Part shown: positions 30,920-35,048 of the stretch, in pieces
Position numbering within the stretch: the first letter of the stretch is position 1
Layout: every line of letters begins with the position of its first letter
Assembly: GCA_964474495.1 (NCBI GenBank)
Contig: CAYYTN010000001.1
Span: forward strand, 14,740 to 49,787
Reading direction: 5' to 3'
Source: an uncultured Chloroflexota bacterium
GTDB taxonomy: Bacteria; Chloroflexota; UBA11872; VXNJ01
Length of the DNA stretch: 35,048 nt
Made by a program: the position numbers and the translations under genes
Notes under the pieces: model-generated
Database searches by the model: none
The model's input: only the letters and a program-made list of their open reading frames with translations
Told to the model about the DNA's origin: nothing

Positions 30920-32560
30920 CTATCGGCGTCCCATTCTGCGGCGGACCAGGAAGTCGTGGACGCGTTGTTCAAAGAGGTTGTTGGCCTGGAAACTAGCTCC
31001 GCGCAGCTGACGGACAACCCGCCAGATCCTGCCCGGGTGGAGGAGGTACGCCAGTGAGTAGAAAGAGGCCATCGCGATGAAGCGGTAGATGGCAAGTTCC
31101 CAACCTGGAACCGCCCGACAGTGGGACGCCATGATAGTGAAGTCGAATTGGACGAGCAGCTTGTGAAAGTAGGCGTCATCGGGGTCAGGGATTTCGCCGC
31201 TGGACCGCAATTCGTGATAAAGCTCCGAGCCGGGGTAGGGCGTGAAGATTGCGACGTTGCAGTCGTGAGCTCCCTTCAGAGCCACCTGGATCACCTGACG
31301 GACCGTTTTCCAGATGCTGCGCCGGCCTTCCTCGGGAAGTCCGATGATGTAGTTGACTTTGACGGTGTGGCCGATACGAACTGCGGCGCCAACGGTCGTG
31401 ACGATGTTGTCGAGATCGAGTCGCTTGCGAACCTGATCCAGGGTCTCCTGTGAGCCGCTCTCAGGTGCGAATACGAGGAACGCGCAACCGGATTTGAATA
31501 GCGCGCGCAGAGTGTCCTCATTGAGAGCCTCTGAGCGGGTTCCAGAAGGTAACTGCCAGCTGATATTCAGACCCCGTCGGTCGAGCTCATGGCAGAAGTC
31601 CAGAATCCAATCAGCGCGGACAACAGCGGTTAGGTCCGCGAAATCGATGCTGTTGGTCTGATACAGGGAAATATTCTGTTCGATTTCATCGACGACTTTG
31701 ACTGGATCACGCATGAGATAGCGCGTGGTCCACATCGTTGGATTCGAACAGAAAGTGCACTGATAGGGGCAACCGCGGGTCGCGAGGATGGGCATGTTCC
31801 GGCCTCGTCCGATGCCAGCGCTCCAGTTGCCGCTGAAATAGGCGTTGACGTTGCAGAGATGCCAGGCGGGACCTGGCAGGTTGTCAATGTCGGTGACTCG
31901 GCGGCTGAGACCGTTGTCAACCAGCCGACCATCGGTGTCAAGGTATGCAAGCCCGCCGACGCTCTGCGGTGACTCGCCTGTCGCCAGCTTGTGCACGAGT
32001 TCAAGGAAGGGCATCTCGCCCTCACCTTTCACGACGTACTTGATTCCGACTCCCGCGCCAAGAAGGAGCTCGGGCATCGCCGTGCTGTGCTCGCCGCCCG
32101 CAATGATGGTGAGATCTGGATAGGCCGCGTGGATCTGCCTCAACAATTCGCGGTGGAGCGGCCATTCCTGAGAGAACATCAACGAAACCCCGAGGACACC
32201 AGCATCCGGATCGATTCGCTGAATGATTTCTTCGGCGTTCAACCCCTGGGTCTTGTGGCGACCGTCGGCGGTAGACCGGAGTTCCATGATCCCCTCTCCC
32301 TGGGAATCGATGATGTCAACCTCGTAGCCGGCAGCGTCGAGCGCGGCTGCGATATAGGCCGGCCCGATGGGCAAAATCATGACTGAGCTGTAGGCAGTGC
32401 TGGAATAGACGCTGAAGGGCCGCAAGATTTGGATCTTAAAAAAGGTCGATTCCGGGCGGGCGAACTGGCTCAGCGCATCTTCCACGCTGAGTGCGCGCGG
32501 GGGTTCGATGTAGCGACGGGGCTTCTTTGACACGGGCAATCCCGCATGGATAGTCGACAA
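30920..32560 (-). CDS. B12-binding-domain radical SAM enzyme (class B radical SAM, methyltransferase-like)
   Basis: 546 aa. ILPIGPAYIAAALDAAGYEVDIID is a cobalamin-binding Rossmann-like N-domain. GCPYQCTFCSNP is the CxxxCxxC radical SAM cluster motif. The track start is TTG; in-frame TTG/GTG alternatives lie within 10 codons. Confidence 0.9.
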   Translation of the reverse strand: MSTIHAGLPVSKKPRRYIEPPRALSVEDALSQFARPESTFFKIQILRPFSVYSSTAYSSVMILPIGPAYIAAALDAAGYEVDIIDSQGEGIMELRSTADGRHKTQGLNAEEIIQRIDPDAGVLGVSLMFSQEWPLHRELLRQIHAAYPDLTIIAGGEHSTAMPELLLGAGVGIKYVVKGEGEMPFLELVHKLATGESPQSVGGLAYLDTDGRLVDNGLSRRVTDIDNLPGPAWHLCNVNAYFSGNWSAGIGRGRNMPILATRGCPYQCTFCSNPTMWTTRYLMRDPVKVVDEIEQNISLYQTNSIDFADLTAVVRADWILDFCHELDRRGLNISWQLPSGTRSEALNEDTLRALFKSGCAFLVFAPESGSQETLDQVRKRLDLDNIVTTVGAAVRIGHTVKVNYIIGLPEEGRRSIWKTVRQVIQVALKGAHDCNVAIFTPYPGSELYHELRSSGEIPDPDDAYFHKLLVQFDFTIMASHCRAVPGWELAIYRFIAMASFYSLAYLLHPGRIWRVVRQLRGASFQANNLFEQRVHDFLVRRRMGRR

Positions 32561-32594
32561 TTGAGATCTGCCCCCTTTCCGTTTGGCTGGGCCA

Positions 32595-32600
32595 ATTCTA
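32595..32600 (-). promoter_or_regulatory. Candidate -10 box TAGAAT, 34 nt upstream of the radical SAM gene start
   Basis: The minus strand reads CCTCAG-TAGAAT-TGGCCC, within the 174-bp gap after the flippase gene. A purine-rich AAGGGGG lies between it and the TTG start. The coordinate is read by eye and could be off by 1. Confidence 0.3.
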
Positions 32601-32734
32601 CTGAGGACTAAGCCATGGGGCCCAACTCAGGAATAGGCATCTAATAGCCCGGTTTCGGGTGTAGGCGAGTTCGCTGCCCAACCGCACTTTACCGAGCGGC
32701 CGGACTCCCACCAGTGTTTCGAACGAGAGGGTAG

Positions 32735-34078
32735 CTAGTCGGAGATGGTCTCGGCGGTGGGGTGGGATGCTGATCGTCGGATGAGCAGGTACGTTTCAAC
32801 GGCCAGGTAGGCCGTGGTGATGGCGAGGGTGATCGTGAGGCTGGTGGCAAGGTCTTGCACCGAGTTGTGCCAGCGGAACATGGCCGCAAGCATGGCGGCA
32901 ATAGCCACCAGCATCAGGCGCCACGGCCGCAGGTTCCCGGCGCCGATGTGCAAATGGGCCAGGGCGTAGCTCAGCGATAGCAGCGTTCCGGCCACGATGT
33001 AGATGGACAGTAGGGTCTGGTTTAGATCGAACTGGTCCGGGAAGGCGATGGCGAAGACTTGTGTTGGAAAGATGAGCACTGTCAGAGCAACAACTGCCAC
33101 GATGGCGCCGATCAGACCGACGCTCACGAGCAGGCTGGGCACTATCGATTGGCCGGTGGAGAACTGCCGAATCACATGCGGCAGCAGCACGATGGATACC
33201 GGCGAGGTGGCGAAGAAGAGAGTCCGCCCGATTAAGGCGACAGCCGAATAGTTGGCCGCCTGAATCTCGGTGAAATAGCCTTTTACAAACAAGATGTCGG
33301 CATTCATGACGATGGCTAGCGCGAATGAGATGCCCAGGACGCGCAGTTGATCGCGTCCGCCCAATACGATTTGGGTCTCTGTATCGCGCGAGTCATGAGT
33401 TCGGCGGGTAACGCGAAGAAGAAAGATGGCCCCGCCGACCACGGCCACGGCGGCCCCGACCGAAGAGCCGGCCACCGCGCCGGCCGCTGCCCACCCAAAC
33501 AACACCATCCCGGCGCCGGCGCCAAGGCGGGAGGCGGTCTCGGCGACGCCAATCGCGCCCAAGAAGAGGAAGGAACTCGTTCCTGCCAGCGACCCCTTCA
33601 CGACGATGGAGACTAGGGACAGCACGATCGCCGATCCCACGACCATCAGGCTGGCGACTCCGTCGAATTGAAGGACATTGCTGAGCCAGCCGCTCAATAT
33701 GCCTAGCGCGACCGCGATGGCCAGTCCGACCACGCCCACTCTGGCGGCAGTCCGGGCGAACCAGCGCCACAATTCTTGGCCACGGCCCTGTACATACAGG
33801 TCACCCGAAACTTTGATGACCAGCGAGTTGAGCGCGGTGCCAGGGACGCTGAGAAGAGCCAGGAGCGAAACCGCGGCGACCATCTCAGCCCAGGCCGCCG
33901 GGGTCAGAAGTCTGGCCATGACAAACTGAAAAGCGAAACCGAGGACGTTGACAACCATGGAAAGCCCAAACAACACCAGGTTGTCCCGAAAGATCCCGGG
34001 GCGAACAGCCGCGGCGGTCAGCGAGGACACTCTTCCCGTCGAAGTGGAGCGGTGGGCGTCTTCGCTAGACGCTTTCAT
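32735..34078 (-). CDS. Wzx-like oligosaccharide/polysaccharide flippase (MOP superfamily)
   Basis: 447 aa with ~12-14 hydrophobic helices. The N-terminus FRDNLVLFGLSMVVNVLGFAFQFVMARLL is typical of polysaccharide biosynthesis flippases. The ATG overlaps the upstream GT2 gene by 14 nt. Confidence 0.65.
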   Translation of the reverse strand: MKASSEDAHRSTSTGRVSSLTAAAVRPGIFRDNLVLFGLSMVVNVLGFAFQFVMARLLTPAAWAEMVAAVSLLALLSVPGTALNSLVIKVSGDLYVQGRGQELWRWFARTAARVGVVGLAIAVALGILSGWLSNVLQFDGVASLMVVGSAIVLSLVSIVVKGSLAGTSSFLFLGAIGVAETASRLGAGAGMVLFGWAAAGAVAGSSVGAAVAVVGGAIFLLRVTRRTHDSRDTETQIVLGGRDQLRVLGISFALAIVMNADILFVKGYFTEIQAANYSAVALIGRTLFFATSPVSIVLLPHVIRQFSTGQSIVPSLLVSVGLIGAIVAVVALTVLIFPTQVFAIAFPDQFDLNQTLLSIYIVAGTLLSLSYALAHLHIGAGNLRPWRLMLVAIAAMLAAMFRWHNSVQDLATSLTITLAITTAYLAVETYLLIRRSASHPTAETISD

Positions 34079-35048
34079 ATTCGCGGTAGAGCTTCCAGAA
34101 GTAGTTCAGGGGAACCGACACCTTGGCGGTTCGCATCAATTCCCGATCCGAAACCTGGCGAATCTCCTGCTGAACCGCCCGGCGGGACGCCAGAGTGCCG
34201 CGCAGATTGCGGATGTTCCAGAAGAGGGCCTCCAGAATCGCGGAAGATTTTCGGAACCGGCCGCGCAGAGCGTACATGGCGGCGATGCCGATGCAAAGGA
34301 CCAGATGCACCGGCAAAATCTTCAGCGCCTCGACGGTGCCGAGATTCTTCAGCATCGAATGGATTCGGTTTTTGAATGAATGGAAATTGACCAGGTGGGA
34401 ATCGGTATTCCGGGAGGTGCCGGCCAGCAGATGGTTCACGCGAGCATCAGGCACGAAGAAGATCTTGCTACCGGAGAGCCAGGTCCGCCAGCAGAGATCG
34501 GTCTCCTCGAAGTAGGCGAAGTACTTCTCATCGAATACACCGATGCGCTCCAGCAGCGATGACCGGAACATCATGCACGCGCCTTTGGCGGAGAAGATCG
34601 GCTCCGGTGACGTCAGCCCGATATCCGGGGCCAGGTAGCCGTGGTGGTAGAGCATGCCGGACCAGGTAAGGAAGTCGCCGATTGAGTCCAACCGGGTCGG
34701 GTCCTTCATCCAGAGGATCTTTGGTTCGCAGCCGCCGACCTCGGGGTGGGTCTCCATGAAATCCACCAAAATGCCGAGGAAGTCGGGTTCGACCGTAGTG
34801 TCGGAGTTGAGGAAGAGGACGTACTCTCCCGCGGCTTGCGGATAGGCCAGCAGGTTGGCGCCCACGAACCCCAGATTCTCGGTCGACTCAAAAAGGCGCA
34901 CCTCGGGAAACTCTTCCCGTATCATCCGGGCGGAGCCGTCGGCGGAGCCGTTGTCGACGCACAGGACCTCGAGGGCCGGATAGGCCACGCTGCGCAGCGA
35001 TTCCAGGCAGTCGCCAATCAACGAACGAGTGTTGTAGTTGACGATCAG
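34065..35048 (-). CDS. Family 2 glycosyltransferase (rhamnosyltransferase-like), 5' end truncated by the window edge
   Basis: The frame stays open upstream of the track start (35021) to the window end: LIVNYNTRSLIGDCLESL. Further motifs are VLCVDNGSADGS, NLGFVGANL, FLNSDT and ACMMFR. Confidence 0.85.
   Translation of the reverse strand: MIVNYNTRSLIGDCLESLRSVAYPALEVLCVDNGSADGSARMIREEFPEVRLFESTENLGFVGANLLAYPQAAGEYVLFLNSDTTVEPDFLGILVDFMETHPEVGGCEPKILWMKDPTRLDSIGDFLTWSGMLYHHGYLAPDIGLTSPEPIFSAKGACMMFRSSLLERIGVFDEKYFAYFEETDLCWRTWLSGSKIFFVPDARVNHLLAGTSRNTDSHLVNFHSFKNRIHSMLKNLGTVEALKILPVHLVLCIGIAAMYALRGRFRKSSAILEALFWNIRNLRGTLASRRAVQQEIRQVSDRELMRTAKVSVPLNYFWKLYREYESV

Noticed and set aside
23222-32560. 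Aminoglycoside-type secondary-metabolite cluster (TobZ-like carbamoyltransferase, GenK-like B12 radical SAM, Eis-like acetyltransferase)
   Set aside because: The window has no 2-deoxy-scyllo-inosose synthase, aminotransferases or dehydrogenases of aminocyclitol pathways. The dominance of GT-C enzymes, a polyprenyl-phosphate GT and a Wzx-like flippase points to envelope glycan assembly instead.
1-35048. Whole-window scan for CRISPR arrays, tRNA/rRNA genes, IS elements, integrases and toxin-antitoxin or defence modules
   Set aside because: I saw no regularly spaced repeats, no tRNA-like cloverleaf candidates and no transposase, integrase or nuclease motifs in any long ORF. Only about 1.6 kb is intergenic. 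Absence by eye is not proof, so Infernal/tRNAscan and defence-system HMM scans should confirm it.

Overview
High-GC (about 60-65% by eye), gene-dense window with about 24 CDS. I recognised no rRNA or tRNA genes, CRISPR arrays, transposases or integrases. It reads as a cell-envelope glycan locus split into about nine short transcription units that alternate strand. The core is an unusual concentration of GT-C-fold polytopic glycosyltransferases. Four are paralogous giants of 920-1196 aa resembling the AftD/DUF3367 arabinofuranosyltransferase family (7072..9834 +, 11827..15009 -, 15052..18537 -, 19639..23229 -). A fifth is a 548-aa PMT_2/ArnT-like protein (28436..30082 -). A sixth is truncated at the left edge and absent from the supplied ORF track (1..731 -). 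Around them are a GtrB/ArnC-type polyprenyl-phosphate glycosyltransferase, two further GT2 enzymes (one fused to a methyltransferase), GDP-L-fucose synthase, an ArnA/UXS-type decarboxylase-like SDR and a Wzx-like flippase. The tailoring set is dense: two NodU/CmcH carbamoyltransferases, three SAM methyltransferase domains, a B12-binding radical SAM enzyme and an Eis-length GNAT. Three membrane proteins with no family I can name (445, 365 and 271 aa) share an N-terminal anchor plus a ~130-aa non-membrane domain, and each sits beside a GT-C gene. A carbamoyltransferase-to-giant-GT-C gene pair occurs twice. My working interpretation (inference) is an undescribed multi-GT-C extracytoplasmic glycan assembly and decoration system fed by polyprenyl-phosphate-linked, pre-tailored donors. 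All family calls come from motif recognition by eye, with no searches run. Several starts are non-ATG and uncertain. The source taxon cannot be determined; the style suggests a high-GC monoderm-like lineage such as Chloroflexota or Actinomycetota.
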